Below are positions 38,093 to 48,807 of a stretch of 64,000 bases of DNA, piece by piece. The DNA is from Dehalococcoidia bacterium. GTDB taxonomy: Bacteria; Chloroflexota; Dehalococcoidia; UBA2979. The DNA lies in NCBI GenBank assembly GCA_965220125.1, contig CBDCPB010000004.1, forward strand, positions 1,580,775-1,644,774, read 5' to 3'. How positions within the stretch are numbered: the stretch's first letter is position 1; every line of letters starts with the position of its first letter. The notes beneath the pieces are model-generated. The model had not been told where the DNA came from. It ran no database searches and saw nothing but the letters and a program-made list of their open reading frames with translations. The position numbers and the translations under genes were made by a program.

Positions 38093-39669
38093 CGTGACGC
38101 TCCTGTCGTGGTCTGCGTGGCGGTCAGTGCGAAGACGGCGCCGGGGCGGGCGAAGCGGCCCGGCGGCGGGGGCAGCGGCTGCTGGGGCGGCGTGGTCTCC
38201 TGCTCGAGGGCCTCGACGAGGATGCGCTCGAGGCGGCGCACGTCGATCAGGTCGACCTCGAGCGCGCGGCGGCAGGCGGCGTCGAGGCGGGCGGGGGAGT
38301 AGCGCTCGGCGAGCCTGAGCAGCTTGTGGCCCTGCCGCAGCTTGGCCCAGGGCAGCGGCCCCTCGAAGAGCCGCTCGGCGAAGGCGCCGGTGGCCTCGCC
38401 GAGTTCGGCCGCGCGCCGCTGCAGCTGCTCGGGCGCGCGCAGCGTGTAGGGGCTGAGCTCGGCCGGGTAGTCGTTGCGGTCGGTGGCGCGTCCGCCGCGG
38501 GGCTGGCGCGGGTGGACCTTGAGCAGCGCGCCGCGGTGGTAGATGCGCACCAGCTTCGCGCCGAGCTGCACCTCGACCTGCTGCCCCGGCGGGCAGAGCG
38601 CCGACGGCACCGAGTAGAGCGCGTATTGGCAGGCGACGTGGTGGTCGGCATGGACCTTCGCCGTGCGCCAGTCGGGGACCTCGTAGGGCTCCCCGTCCCA
38701 GGGGGCGAGCAGCGGGCGCTCCTCCTGCTCGAAGACCTCGAGCGGCCGCCTGCGGGTCGTCCCGTGGATGCGTTGCCCCGCCACCTCGAGCGACCAGCGC
38801 CGGGCGGCGTCGCGCAGCTCGGCGAGGTCGCGAAACTGCGCGCCCTTGAAGAGGCGCTCGCGCACGTACGGGACGCTGCGCTCGACCCGAGGCTTGTCGC
38901 GAGGCTTGCGCACGCGCGCGGGGTCGCTGATGAAGCCACGCTGGCGGGCGTACTCGAGGAAGCCCCGCGTGAAGCGCGGGTGCAGCGCGTCGGCCCCGGC
39001 CACGGCGGCCGGGAAGTTGTCGATCACGAGGTAGCGGGGCACGCCCTCGAAGCACGCCCAGGCCGCCTCCAGGCCCTCGACCACCGCGTGCAGCGTCTGG
39101 CTGGTGGTGGGCCAGACGAAGCAGTGCCGCGAGTAGCGCCAGACCACGATCAGCGCCCAGACCGTGCGGCGCCGCCCGCTCTCGGGGTCCGCGATGAGGC
39201 CGAGCCGGCCGAAGTCCAGCTCCGCGACCTCGCCCGGCGGCCCATCCTCCATGCGCACGGTCAGAGGCTGCCGGCGACCCCAGCCGCGGCGGGCGATGAA
39301 GCGCCGCAGCGTGCTGTAGGAGACCTCGCAGCCGCGCTCGGCGAGCAGTTCATGGATCCGCGTGACCTGCAGGCGCTCGGCCTGCAGCCAGCGCTCGATC
39401 TGCTCCGCCCAGGGCGAGAGCAGCTGCTCGCTCGGTACCTCCGCGCGGCGCGGGCCGGTGCGGCTCAGCGTCGCCAGCCGGGCGAGTTGCTGCTCACTCG
39501 GCTCGGGGCCACCTGGCTGGAGCCCGGCCGCCTCGGCCGCCGCGATGTAGCGCCGCACCGTCACGCGCGACAGCCCCGTGCCGCTGGCGATGCGACGCTG
39601 GCTGAATCCCGCCTGCCAGCGGCGGATGACTTCCCTGATCTCCACTCGATGCACCTCCCGGTAGGCCAT
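38089..39669 (-). CDS. istA: IS21 transposase
   Basis: N-terminal HTH, PGEVAELDFG, IDN, PRDKPRVER, RIHGTT; ATGA overlap with istB. Confidence 0.95.
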   Translation of the reverse strand: MAYREVHRVEIREVIRRWQAGFSQRRIASGTGLSRVTVRRYIAAAEAAGLQPGGPEPSEQQLARLATLSRTGPRRAEVPSEQLLSPWAEQIERWLQAERLQVTRIHELLAERGCEVSYSTLRRFIARRGWGRRQPLTVRMEDGPPGEVAELDFGRLGLIADPESGRRRTVWALIVVWRYSRHCFVWPTTSQTLHAVVEGLEAAWACFEGVPRYLVIDNFPAAVAGADALHPRFTRGFLEYARQRGFISDPARVRKPRDKPRVERSVPYVRERLFKGAQFRDLAELRDAARRWSLEVAGQRIHGTTRRRPLEVFEQEERPLLAPWDGEPYEVPDWRTAKVHADHHVACQYALYSVPSALCPPGQQVEVQLGAKLVRIYHRGALLKVHPRQPRGGRATDRNDYPAELSPYTLRAPEQLQRRAAELGEATGAFAERLFEGPLPWAKLRQGHKLLRLAERYSPARLDAACRRALEVDLIDVRRLERILVEALEQETTPPQQPLPPPPGRFARPGAVFALTATQTTTGASR

Positions 39670-40044
39670 CGCTGCTCCCTCCCCTGGGGATGCAGCCGAT
39701 GGTGGCCCTACCGGCGACCGGGTGGTCAAAAGACCCTGGCGGGGGTGGATCAATGATCCTGGCGAAGTGGATCAATGACCCTGGCGATCTCGCCGTTTTC
39801 CGGTCTATAGATCCTGGTGATTCACAAAGACACGGACCATCCGCATCCCCATCAGGGTTACGGTGAAAGCACGCACATCCGTCCGCACAACGCGGACGGC
39901 GAGGGTGCTCCAGCGGCGCACTGTCGTGCGGAGGCGGATCAAGCCGTAGCAGGTAGCTCGGTAGCCAGCCGACCATTCGCTGGTGGGCTGGCTACCGACC
40001 ACCACCGGAGGACATCGCGAACCGGCCCTTGGGAGACTCTGGCC

Positions 40045-40242
40045 ATGGCTGAACGGGATACCTATCGGTATCACTACATCAAGAGCAGGACAATCGTTCA
40101 CCGGGGCATCACGAACGACCTCGGACGTCGAGAGCAGGAGCATCACCAGAACTACGGTGACGGCTCGATAAAGCAGATCGGCCCCAAGGTCACGCGTGAT
40201 TCCGCTCTCAACTGGGAGCGGGACGGCGGGAAGCGAATCTAG
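40045..40242 (+). CDS. Minimal GIY-YIG-like protein (65 aa)
   Basis: TYRY...VHRGITNDL.RREQEH...ALNWE matches the GIY-YIG core; GGGAG RBS. Confidence 0.7.
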   Translation: MAERDTYRYHYIKSRTIVHRGITNDLGRREQEHHQNYGDGSIKQIGPKVTRDSALNWERDGGKRI

Positions 40243-40254
40243 GCTGTCGCCTAC

Positions 40255-40283
40255 GAGGCGGGGGCGGCGTCCGCCCCCGCCTC
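40255..40283. terminator. GC hairpin between convergent genes
   Basis: GAGGCGGGGGCGG-CGT-CCGCCCCCGCCTC. Confidence 0.5.
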
Positions 40284-40335
40284 CCGCTCCCGTCCTTGGA
40301 CGTGGCGAGGAGGCAATAGCCAGCGCGGGGCCACG

Positions 40336-40808
<473 letters not shown>

Positions 40809-40823
40809 GGGCGCGCCGCTCCG

Positions 40824-41147
40824 ATGCCGGGCGAGGAAACCGAACCACCCCTCTACGAGATCCGGCTCCGCCGCCGGGACCGGGCGGAACTCCGATCGTG
40901 GAACGAACGTGAGAGGGAAGTGACTCTCGCGTTCCTGCGAGACTACGCGAGCCGCACGCCGACTGCTCCGATTCCCGGCAGGCTCAAGCAGCTCAATGCG
41001 CCGTTCGAGGACCACTACCAACTGCGCGTGAGCCGACGCCGCAGGCTCATCTATCGCGTGGATGAGGAACGCAGGAGGGTGCGAGTCGTCTACCTCGGCC
41101 CGCACCCGGATTGGCGGCAGAGCCGACCCGGGAGCATCACTCGGTGA
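40824..41147 (+). CDS. RelE/ParE-superfamily toxin-like protein
   Basis: Basic 107 aa; LKQL....YQLRV...RRLIYRVDE..RRVRVVYLGPH. Confidence 0.78.
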   Translation: MPGEETEPPLYEIRLRRRDRAELRSWNEREREVTLAFLRDYASRTPTAPIPGRLKQLNAPFEDHYQLRVSRRRRLIYRVDEERRRVRVVYLGPHPDWRQSRPGSITR

Positions 41148-41439
41148 ACTCAGACAGCGGCGCGTACTCGCGCTCGTCGATGGGCCGCGTGAGCGCCGCG
41201 ATCATCTCGGGGGAAGACATGACCTCGGCCGTCGCTTCCCAGCTCTCGATCACCCGGCACAGCGGGCGATCGTCGCCGGTGATCAACGCGGTCTTGAGCG
41301 TGTCGGAAAGCTCGACTGCGAAGAGGCGCAGTTGCAGCGGGTTGAGATCGGCGACCCACCACAGGGCCTCCGGCAGTTCCTCCTCGCGGAAGTACTGGAT
41401 CGCCGCTTCCCGCAGTTGCTCCGGCGCCTCGGCAACCAT
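41137..41439 (-). CDS. Antitoxin-like protein (DUF6247-like)
   Basis: Acidic 100 aa resembling the 'W...L...F..EL...W..TAEV..PE' antitoxin C-terminal domain; convergent with the toxin gene with an 11-nt overlap. Confidence 0.7.
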   Translation of the reverse strand: MVAEAPEQLREAAIQYFREEELPEALWWVADLNPLQLRLFAVELSDTLKTALITGDDRPLCRVIESWEATAEVMSSPEMIAALTRPIDEREYAPLSEFTE

Positions 41440-41573
41440 GATTCGCCCTCCGGCGCGCGGCGGCGGCCCGCGGCCCCATCGCCACTCGCACGCCCTCGCA
41501 GCAGTCTAGCATCTCCACCCTCGCCCGCCGGCCCCACTCGCGGTACCTTCTGCGTGAGCACGGGAGGGGCATC

Positions 41574-42209
41574 ATGGCGACGAACAACTCGGGTGCGCCC
41601 GCGCCGGGCGCACACCGGCAGTACGAGATCCTGATCGCCCTTGTCGATGCCGGCCTGGATATTGAACGGCGCGTGGTGATCCCGGACCAGACCACGCTCG
41701 CCGACCTCCATCTAGTCATCCAGGCCGCCATGGGCTGGACCAACTCGCACCTGCATGCGTTCACCACGCCCGATGGAGTCACGTACGGTGACTCCAGCCT
41801 CGATGAGCTTGGCTATGCCGACGAGTCCGATGTGGTCGTGGCGGACGTCCTGCGCGCGCCCCGCGACACGCTCCGCTACGAGTACGATTTCGGTGACTCC
41901 TGGGAACACCATATCGAGCTCATGGCGGTCCGGACCGGCGAGCAATCGCGACCGGACACGCCTGCCTGCATCGCCGGACGCGGCGCGTGTCCGCCGGAAG
42001 ATTGCGGAGGCGTCTACGGTTACGACGAGTTGCGTGAGGCGCTGACCAACCCTTCCTCGGAGCACGACGCGGAACTGAGGGAGTGGGCCGAAGAGTTCAT
42101 CGACCTCCCGCTCGACGTGGACGCCTTCGATCTCGCCGCGGCGGATGCCGCGGTGCGCAGCCTCGTCGGAGACGACGGCCGCATGCACTGGCCCGATCCC
42201 GGCATGTAG
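41574..42209 (+). CDS. Plasmid pRiA4b ORF-3 family protein
   Basis: TLADLHLVIQAAMGW.NSHLH.F, YEYDFGDSWEH, CPPEDCGG..GY. Confidence 0.9.
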   Translation: MATNNSGAPAPGAHRQYEILIALVDAGLDIERRVVIPDQTTLADLHLVIQAAMGWTNSHLHAFTTPDGVTYGDSSLDELGYADESDVVVADVLRAPRDTLRYEYDFGDSWEHHIELMAVRTGEQSRPDTPACIAGRGACPPEDCGGVYGYDELREALTNPSSEHDAELREWAEEFIDLPLDVDAFDLAAADAAVRSLVGDDGRMHWPDPGM

Positions 42210-42383
42210 GTCCGCGCCTCGCGATCACGGGCGCCGGCGAGAGGACCGGCGTTCACCGGCTAGCCGGCGCCCGGCAGCGATCGGCAGCTGCGGCGCACCA
42301 CCACCCACCCCCTCCCTCGCCCCCCTCCCCCACTCGCGATACCCTCGACGGCACGAGGCGCAACGACACCGCGAGGCGAGGCG

Positions 42384-43457
42384 ATGAGCGAGGCGGACGG
42401 CGAGCGGCGGCGGATTCTGACCGGGGTGCGGCCCACCGGGGCGCTGCACCTTGGGCACTACGCGGGCGCGCTCGAGAACTGGCTCCGCCTCCAGGATGAG
42501 TACGAGTGCTTCTTCCTCATCGCCGACTACCAGGTCTCCGACCACGCCGACGACATCGATCGCGTCCGCTCGGCCGTGCTCGAGGTCGCCACCGACTGGC
42601 TCGCCGTCGGGCTCGACCCGGAGCGCTCGCACTTCGTGATCGAGAGCATGGTGCCGGAGCACGCCGAGCTGACGACCCTGCTCAGCTGGTTCATCGGCCT
42701 CGGACGGCTCGAACGCAACCCCACGCTCAAGGCCGAGATGGACGAGCTCGAGGAGCGCGGGATGTCGTTCGAGGACACCGAGCGCACGGGCAAGCGGCAG
42801 GTGGTGCGCGAGCGCGGCGCGGTGCCCGTCGCCTTCTTCACCTACCCGATCATGCAGGTCGCCAACATCCTGATGCCGCGCGCGCACCTGGTGCCAACCG
42901 GCGGGGACCAGCTGCCGCACATCGAGATGACGCGCGAGGTCGCACGCCGCTTCAACCGCCGCTTCGGCGAGGTCTTCCCCGAGCCCGACGGCCTCGTCGG
43001 CCGCGTCCCGCGCCTCGCCGGCACCGACGGCAACGCGAAGATGAGCAAGTCGCTCGGCAACACGATCGATCTCAAGGACGACGCCGAGACGGTCGAGCGC
43101 AAGGTGATGCGCATGTACACGGACCCGACGCGGCTGCGCGCCACCGACCCCGGCCACGTCGAGGGCAACCCGGTGTTCATGTACCACGACGCCTTCAACC
43201 CGGACACGGCGGAGGTCGACGACCTCAAGGAGCGCTACCGCGAGGGGCGCGTCGGCGACGTGGAGGTGAAGCGCACGCTGGCGGCCGCGCTCAACGCCTT
43301 CCTCGACCCGATCCGTGAGCGGCGCGCGTATTACGAGGCGAACCCGCGCGAGGTGCGCGCGGCGCTCGCGCGCGGCACGGAGCACGCCCGCGGCGTCGCG
43401 CAGGCGACGATGGTGGACGTGCGCTCCGCGCTGGGCCTCAACTACCTCGACGACTGA
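42384..43457 (+). CDS. trpS: Tryptophan--tRNA ligase
   Basis: [13 protein letters not shown] (HIGH), YPIMQVANI, GDQLPHIE, KMSKSLGN. Confidence 0.97.
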   Translation: MSEADGERRRILTGVRPTGALHLGHYAGALENWLRLQDEYECFFLIADYQVSDHADDIDRVRSAVLEVATDWLAVGLDPERSHFVIESMVPEHAELTTLLSWFIGLGRLERNPTLKAEMDELEERGMSFEDTERTGKRQVVRERGAVPVAFFTYPIMQVANILMPRAHLVPTGGDQLPHIEMTREVARRFNRRFGEVFPEPDGLVGRVPRLAGTDGNAKMSKSLGNTIDLKDDAETVERKVMRMYTDPTRLRATDPGHVEGNPVFMYHDAFNPDTAEVDDLKERYREGRVGDVEVKRTLAAALNAFLDPIRERRAYYEANPREVRAALARGTEHARGVAQATMVDVRSALGLNYLDD

Positions 43458-43466
43458 CGCCGGGCG

Positions 43467-44432
43467 CTACTCGCCGTCGCCATCCTGGGGCGGCAGCGAG
43501 CGAAGGAACGCCTCGATCTGGTCGAGGCGGGCGTCGAGTTCGGCGCCGGCGAAGTGCGCTCGCGGATCGTAGGGACCGATGGCGGCCGTGGCTGCGGCCT
43601 CACCCAGCGGGGGGAAGAACTCGGCGAACTCGGCGGGGCCTGCGTGCATGTGGATGCCGCCTCGTTCGGGCTTGGCGAGCATCAGGTAGCGATTGCGTTT
43701 CGAGGGTGGCGCAATCATCACAGCGAGCTTGTACGGGCGCACTGCGAGCCCGGCTTCCCGCGACATCTCAAGGAAGCGGTCGAACTCCACCGCGACACCA
43801 GCGTCGCGAGCGCGCTGGCGGATGGTGTCAACACTATGCCCCGGTCCCCTTGCCTGACGTTCAGTCTGTTCCTCCGTTACCTCGCGGATCAGGAGACGCG
43901 GGCCGCCACCATGGAGCTCGAACACCTCGAAGCTGACGATGGTGATTGGCACGCCGTACGTCCCACCGAGGTGCGCAACGATCCGCTCCAGCCCTGCGTC
44001 GACGCCGACGCCAGCGAGAAGGACAGCCACCTCACGTGGCCCGTCCTCGCCCGCCAGTTGTCGATGCACGGTGCTCGCCAACTCCTCCGCGTCGCCGAGC
44101 GGCGCGAGGCCGGGGCGCAGCAGTGCTTCGAGATCCTCGGAGGCCATCTGCGCGATTGACGATGCGTAGTCGAGTGCCTGAGTGATCGCGTCGCGGTACA
44201 GCCGCTCGCGCTTGAGCTCGATCACCACCCAGCGGTCCTGCCAGTCGATCGCGAGGAGATCGAGCGGCCCACCATCGAGCCAGACCTGGCGGCCTACAAC
44301 CGTGAGTCCGTCTGCGAGCAGCGAGGCGTCGACCGCGATCCAGTCCTCGAGGTTCTTCTCGAGGTCGACGCCGGAACGACCCACGCGCCGTGGCGCATCG
44401 CCGTCCACCGTCCAGACGCCCAGATCAGCCAT
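43467..44432 (-). CDS. NucS/DUF91-type PD-(D/E)xK endonuclease domain protein
   Basis: EKNLEDWI, VGRQV, LDLLAID, VVIELKR, QALDYA. Confidence 0.82.
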   Translation of the reverse strand: MADLGVWTVDGDAPRRVGRSGVDLEKNLEDWIAVDASLLADGLTVVGRQVWLDGGPLDLLAIDWQDRWVVIELKRERLYRDAITQALDYASSIAQMASEDLEALLRPGLAPLGDAEELASTVHRQLAGEDGPREVAVLLAGVGVDAGLERIVAHLGGTYGVPITIVSFEVFELHGGGPRLLIREVTEEQTERQARGPGHSVDTIRQRARDAGVAVEFDRFLEMSREAGLAVRPYKLAVMIAPPSKRNRYLMLAKPERGGIHMHAGPAEFAEFFPPLGEAAATAAIGPYDPRAHFAGAELDARLDQIEAFLRSLPPQDGDGE

Positions 44433-44558
44433 CGCTCGACCTCATTCCGCATCACGTGCGTGCACGACCTTAGCAGCGACCTCGTTCCGGAGGTATCGTT
44501 GCGGGCGCTCCGCACGGCCCGCGAGTTCCTCGCGCGCCGCGAGGGGAAGGACGGCCCG

Positions 44559-45302
44559 GTGGCCAGCAGCGAGGCGATGATCGTCATCCCCCGGCGCTTT
44601 CGCGGCCCGCCGCAGTCCGGCAACGGCGGCTACACCTGTGCGCTGCTCGCACGGCATGTCGACGCCCCCACCGCCGAGGTGACGCTGCGCAGCCCGCCCC
44701 CGCTCGAGCGGGCGATGGAGGTGCGCCACGAGGGCAATCGCGCGCTGCTGTTCGACGGAGCGCACCTGGTGGCGGAGGCCGCGCCCGCCACGCTCGAACC
44801 GGCGGCGCCGCCGCGAGTGAGTCCAGTCGAGGCGATTAAGGCGGCGCGCCGCTTCCGCGGGTTCGATCAGCATCCATTCCCCAGCTGCTTCGCGTGCGGC
44901 CCCGAACGCGCGGCTGGCGACGGGCTGCGCATCTTCACGGGCCCTGTCCCCGATGGCTCCGAGGTCGTCGCCGCACCGTGGACGCCCGCGGCCGACCTCG
45001 CCGGCGCGGACGGCATCGTGGCGGAGCCCATCGTCTGGGCCGCGATCGACTGCCCGAGCGGCTGGGCGCACGTGGACGACCGCCTGAGCGCGGTGCTGGG
45101 GCGGATGGCCGCGCGCATCCTCGAGCCGGTGCGCGCCGGTCAGGAGTACGTCGCCGTGGCGCGCCGGACCGGCGCCGAGGGCAACCGCCGCCTCGCGGAG
45201 TCGGCGCTGCTCGCGCCGGGCGGGCACGCGGTCGCGATCGCGCGTGCGACCTGGATCGTGGTGGAGTCGCCCGAGGCGATCACGCCGCTCGGGGGCGTCT
45301 AG
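44559..45302 (+). CDS. Hotdog-fold (thioesterase-like) protein
   Basis: RFRGPPQSGNGGY, HPFPSCFACG, WAAIDCP; start uncertain. Confidence 0.75.
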   Translation: MASSEAMIVIPRRFRGPPQSGNGGYTCALLARHVDAPTAEVTLRSPPPLERAMEVRHEGNRALLFDGAHLVAEAAPATLEPAAPPRVSPVEAIKAARRFRGFDQHPFPSCFACGPERAAGDGLRIFTGPVPDGSEVVAAPWTPAADLAGADGIVAEPIVWAAIDCPSGWAHVDDRLSAVLGRMAARILEPVRAGQEYVAVARRTGAEGNRRLAESALLAPGGHAVAIARATWIVVESPEAITPLGGV

Positions 45303-45351
45303 AAGGCCGGACGCGCTTCGGGAGCGGCGCCCGTTCTGACGCGCGCAGCCT

Positions 45352-46050
45352 TTACGCCGGTCCCGGCTCCCCGAGGTCGCCGGCGGCGTCGCTGATGAAG
45401 TCCGTGAGCAGGGTGTGGACGTCGGCGGCGACCTCGCGCAGGGAGTGGCCGCCGCCTTCGAGGATCACGAGGCGCTTCGGTTGGAGCGCGCGCTCGTAGA
45501 TGTCCTCGGAGGCCTGGGGCAGCAACACCGTGTCGTCCGAACCGTGGATTAGCAGCAGCGGCTTGCCGAGGCGCTCGACGGTCTGCGTGCCGAAGCGCTG
45601 CGGCGAGAGCGCCGCGACGGCGCTCGCCAGCGGCGCCAGCTCGCCCGCCCTGATTGCCACCGCCCCGCCGAAGGAGTGCCCGACGATCACCGCCCGCTCC
45701 GCGCCGAGGCCACGCAGGAAGGAGCAGGCGGCGAGCGCGTCCAGCACGCACTCGTCGAACTCGCCTGCGTCGCGGTAGCCGACGCGCAGCGAGGTGACGC
45801 CCAGCGCGACGAGTTCGCGGCTGAGGCGCAGGTAGACGCCCTCGGCGGGTCCATCGCCGCCGCCCATCGCGCCACCGAGGAAGATCGCGCAGCCGGTCTT
45901 GCCCTCGCAGGGACTCAGCGCGGCCAGGATCGTGCCGCGCGTGGTGTCGATCTCCAGCGCCAGCTCGCCGGGTTCGTCGGCTGGCTGCGCGCGCACATCG
46001 CGGATCGAGAGGACGAGGTCGTCCGGACTGCCGGCGGCGGGCTCGCTCAC
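45352..46050 (-). CDS. Alpha/beta hydrolase
   Basis: GHSFGG, LLIHGSDD, GGGH. Confidence 0.85.
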   Translation of the reverse strand: MSEPAAGSPDDLVLSIRDVRAQPADEPGELALEIDTTRGTILAALSPCEGKTGCAIFLGGAMGGGDGPAEGVYLRLSRELVALGVTSLRVGYRDAGEFDECVLDALAACSFLRGLGAERAVIVGHSFGGAVAIRAGELAPLASAVAALSPQRFGTQTVERLGKPLLLIHGSDDTVLLPQASEDIYERALQPKRLVILEGGGHSLREVAADVHTLLTDFISDAAGDLGEPGPA

Positions 46051-46066
46051 CGCCGCTCTGCTCGCG

Positions 46067-47302
46067 CTACTTCGGGCCCGGGGCGGCGAACCGTCGCGCG
46101 ACGAAGCGCTCCGTGCGGTTCATCGCCTCCTCGATGTCGTCGTAGTCGGCGGCGTAGCAGATGCGCACGTAGCCGCGCCCGCTCTCGCCGAAGGCGGAGC
46201 CGGGCACCATCGCGACGCGCTCCTCCTCGAGCAGCGCCTCGGCGAAGGCGAGGTCGTCGAGGCCGGTCGGGCGGATGTCGGGGAAGGCGTAGAAGGCGCC
46301 GCGCGGCTCCACCGTGGGGAGGCCCATCGCGCGCAGCCGGACGACCACCATGCGCCGGCGGCGGTCGTACTCGGCGACCATCCCGCGCACGTCTTCCTCG
46401 GCCGAGGCGAGCGCCTCGACGGCGGCGTACTGGGCGGCGGTGGGAGCGCTCATCATCACGTACTGGTGGATCTTCATCATCGCCTCGAGCAGGTGCGGCG
46501 GGGCCGCCACCCAGCCGAGCCGCCAGCCCGTCATCGCGTAGGCCTTGGAGAAGCCGCCGAGCAGGATAGTGCGCTCGTGCATTCCCTCGATCGAGGGGAA
46601 GCAGACGTGCTCGGCGCCGTAGATCAGCCGATCGTAGAGCTCGTCGGAGATCACGAACAGGTCGTGCGCCTCGGCGAGCGCCGCGATGTCCTCGAGCGTC
46701 TCGCGGTCCAGCACCGCGCCCGTGGGGTTCGAGGGGTAGCCGAGCAGGATCGCCTTGGTGGCGGGCGTGATTCGCTCCTCGATCGCCTCGGCGGTCACCA
46801 TGAACGCGTCCTCGGCGTAGGTCGGCACGGGCACGTAACGCGCGCCGGCCATGAGCACCACCGGCTGATAGGCGACGTAGGCCGGCTCGGGGGTGAGCAC
46901 CTCGTCGTCGTGATCGACGAGCGCGCGCATCGCGATGTCGAGTGCCTCGGAGACGCCGGTGGTCAACATCAGTTCGCTGGCCGGGTCGTAGTGGACGCCG
47001 TAGAGGCGCTCGAGCTGGCTGCTCAGCATCTCGCGCAGCTCGGGCAGGCCGTAGTTGCTGGTGTAGCCGGTGTGCCCGGCCAGCATCGCCTCGGCGGCGG
47101 CGTTGGTGATCTGCGCCGGAGTGGCGAAGTCCGGCTGCCCGACGGCCAGCGAGATCACGCCCTGCGCCTTGTCCAGCAGCTCGAAGAAGCGGCGGATGCC
47201 GGAGGCCGGGAGACCGGCGACCGTCTCCGAGTGCAGCCCGCGCCTCGCCTGGTGGCCGTCGCTCAAGCCAGCCGCAAATCCGGAGTGACCGTCGCTCGTC
47301 AC
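46067..47302 (-). CDS. Aminotransferase class I/II
   Basis: GQPDF, PSNPTG, SDELY, GFSKAYAMTGWRLG. Confidence 0.92.
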   Translation of the reverse strand: MTSDGHSGFAAGLSDGHQARRGLHSETVAGLPASGIRRFFELLDKAQGVISLAVGQPDFATPAQITNAAAEAMLAGHTGYTSNYGLPELREMLSSQLERLYGVHYDPASELMLTTGVSEALDIAMRALVDHDDEVLTPEPAYVAYQPVVLMAGARYVPVPTYAEDAFMVTAEAIEERITPATKAILLGYPSNPTGAVLDRETLEDIAALAEAHDLFVISDELYDRLIYGAEHVCFPSIEGMHERTILLGGFSKAYAMTGWRLGWVAAPPHLLEAMMKIHQYVMMSAPTAAQYAAVEALASAEEDVRGMVAEYDRRRRMVVVRLRAMGLPTVEPRGAFYAFPDIRPTGLDDLAFAEALLEEERVAMVPGSAFGESGRGYVRICYAADYDDIEEAMNRTERFVARRFAAPGPK

Positions 47303-48807
47303 GAGGGCGCTCCGATCCCGGCCGCGGGCGGGCGGCGCGTGCGCCAGTCGGTCAGCGCCTCGCAGGCGTGCGCGGCGCCGAGCAGCGTCGACTCCTCGAA
47401 GGGGCGCGCGATCAACTGGATGCCGACGGGCAGGCCCTCGGAGAAGCCGCCGGGGATGCTGATCGCCGGGTTGCCGGAGATGTTGACGGGAATCGTCAGC
47501 AGGTCGTTGAGGTACATCGCGAGCGGATCGCCGAGCTTCGCGCCGAGCGGGAAGGCGACCGTCGGCGCGGTCGGCGTCAGCAGCAGGTCGTTGTCGGCGA
47601 GGGCGGTTTCGAACTCGGCGCGGACCAGCGTCCGCACCTGCTGCGCCTTGCGGTAGTAGGCGTCGTAGTAGCCGGCCGAAAGCGCGTAGGCGCCGATCAT
47701 GATGCGGCGCTTCACCTCGTCGCCAAAGCCGTTACCGCGGGTCCGTTCCATCTCGTCCCACATGCCTTCGCCGCCCCTGAAGCGATAACCGTACTTGACG
47801 CCGTCGTAGCGGGCGAGGTTCGCCGAGGCCTCGGCGGGCGCGATGATGTAGTAGGCGGACAGCGCGACCTCCAGCGAGGGCAGCGTGACCGAGCGATCGA
47901 TGACCGCACCCTCGCGCTCGAACAGCGCCACCGCCTGCTCGAACGCCTCGCGCACGCCGTCCTCGAGGCCCGTGGCGAACACCTCGGCGGGGACGCCGAC
48001 CCGCAGGCCTTCGAGGCCGCGATCGAAGCGCTCGGTGTAGTCGGGCACGGGCTCGGGCGCGGTGGTCGCGTCGTGCGGATCGTGCCCGGCGATCGCCTGC
48101 AGCAGCGTGGCCGCGTCGCGGGCGTCGCGGGCGAAGGGCCCGACCTGCTCCAGCGAGGAGGCGAAGGCGACGACGCCGTAGCGGCTGACGCGGCCGTAGG
48201 TCGGCTTGAGCCCGACGATGCCGGTGAGCGCGGCTGGCTGCCGGATCGAGCCGCCCGTGTCGGTGCCGAGGGCGATCGCCACGCCTCGCGCCGCGACGGT
48301 GGCCGCGGAGCCGCCCGAGGAGCCGCCGGGCACGCGCGTCAGATCCCACGGATTGCGCGTCGCGCCGTAGCCGGAGTGCTCCGTCGAGGAGCCCATCGCG
48401 AACTCATCGAGGTTCGTCTTGCCGACGAAGACCGCGCCCTGCTCGCGCAGCCGCGCGACGACCGTGCAGTCGATGATCGGCGTGAAGCCCTCGAGGATGC
48501 GCGAGCCGGCGGTGGTCTCGACGCCGCGCGTGGAGAGCACATCCTTGAGCGCGACGGGGATGCCGGTCAGCGGCGCGGCCTCGCCCGCGCGCAGCCGCTC
48601 GTCGGCGGCGTCCGCCTGGGCGAGGGCCTGCTCGGGCGTGACGCGGATGTAGGCGTTGAGATCGGGCTCCTGCGCGCTCACCCGCGCGAGCGTCGCCTCG
48701 GCCAGGGCGCGCGCGCTGTACTCACCGGCGCGCAGCGCCGCCGCATGCTCGTGCGCGCTGCGATCTCCGTTGATCGCCGGTCCGCCGGACAGTGCGGAGT
48801 CAGCCAT
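47299..48807 (-). CDS. gatA: Asp-tRNA(Asn)/Glu-tRNA(Gln) amidotransferase subunit A
   Basis: [40 protein letters not shown]. Confidence 0.96.
   Translation of the reverse strand: MADSALSGGPAINGDRSAHEHAAALRAGEYSARALAEATLARVSAQEPDLNAYIRVTPEQALAQADAADERLRAGEAAPLTGIPVALKDVLSTRGVETTAGSRILEGFTPIIDCTVVARLREQGAVFVGKTNLDEFAMGSSTEHSGYGATRNPWDLTRVPGGSSGGSAATVAARGVAIALGTDTGGSIRQPAALTGIVGLKPTYGRVSRYGVVAFASSLEQVGPFARDARDAATLLQAIAGHDPHDATTAPEPVPDYTERFDRGLEGLRVGVPAEVFATGLEDGVREAFEQAVALFEREGAVIDRSVTLPSLEVALSAYYIIAPAEASANLARYDGVKYGYRFRGGEGMWDEMERTRGNGFGDEVKRRIMIGAYALSAGYYDAYYRKAQQVRTLVRAEFETALADNDLLLTPTAPTVAFPLGAKLGDPLAMYLNDLLTIPVNISGNPAISIPGGFSEGLPVGIQLIARPFEESTLLGAAHACEALTDWRTRRPPAAGIGAPS

Larger units (their letters stand above)
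37221..39826 (-). mobile_element. IS21 family insertion sequence (~2.6 kb)
   Basis: TG...CA ends; imperfect IR TGTCAATCGCCAGGGTCTATGGACC versus TGTGAATCACCAGGATCTATAGACC; multiple internal end repeats; flanks CAGAC/AAGAC. Confidence 0.92.

Noticed and set aside
37052-39976. Gene interrupted by IS21
   Set aside because: Joining the flanks gave no convincing continuous ORF in the frames examined
42210-42383. T-box riboswitch upstream of trpS (or of argS)
   Set aside because: No AAGGTGGnACCGCG T-box motif or terminator; the leaders are short
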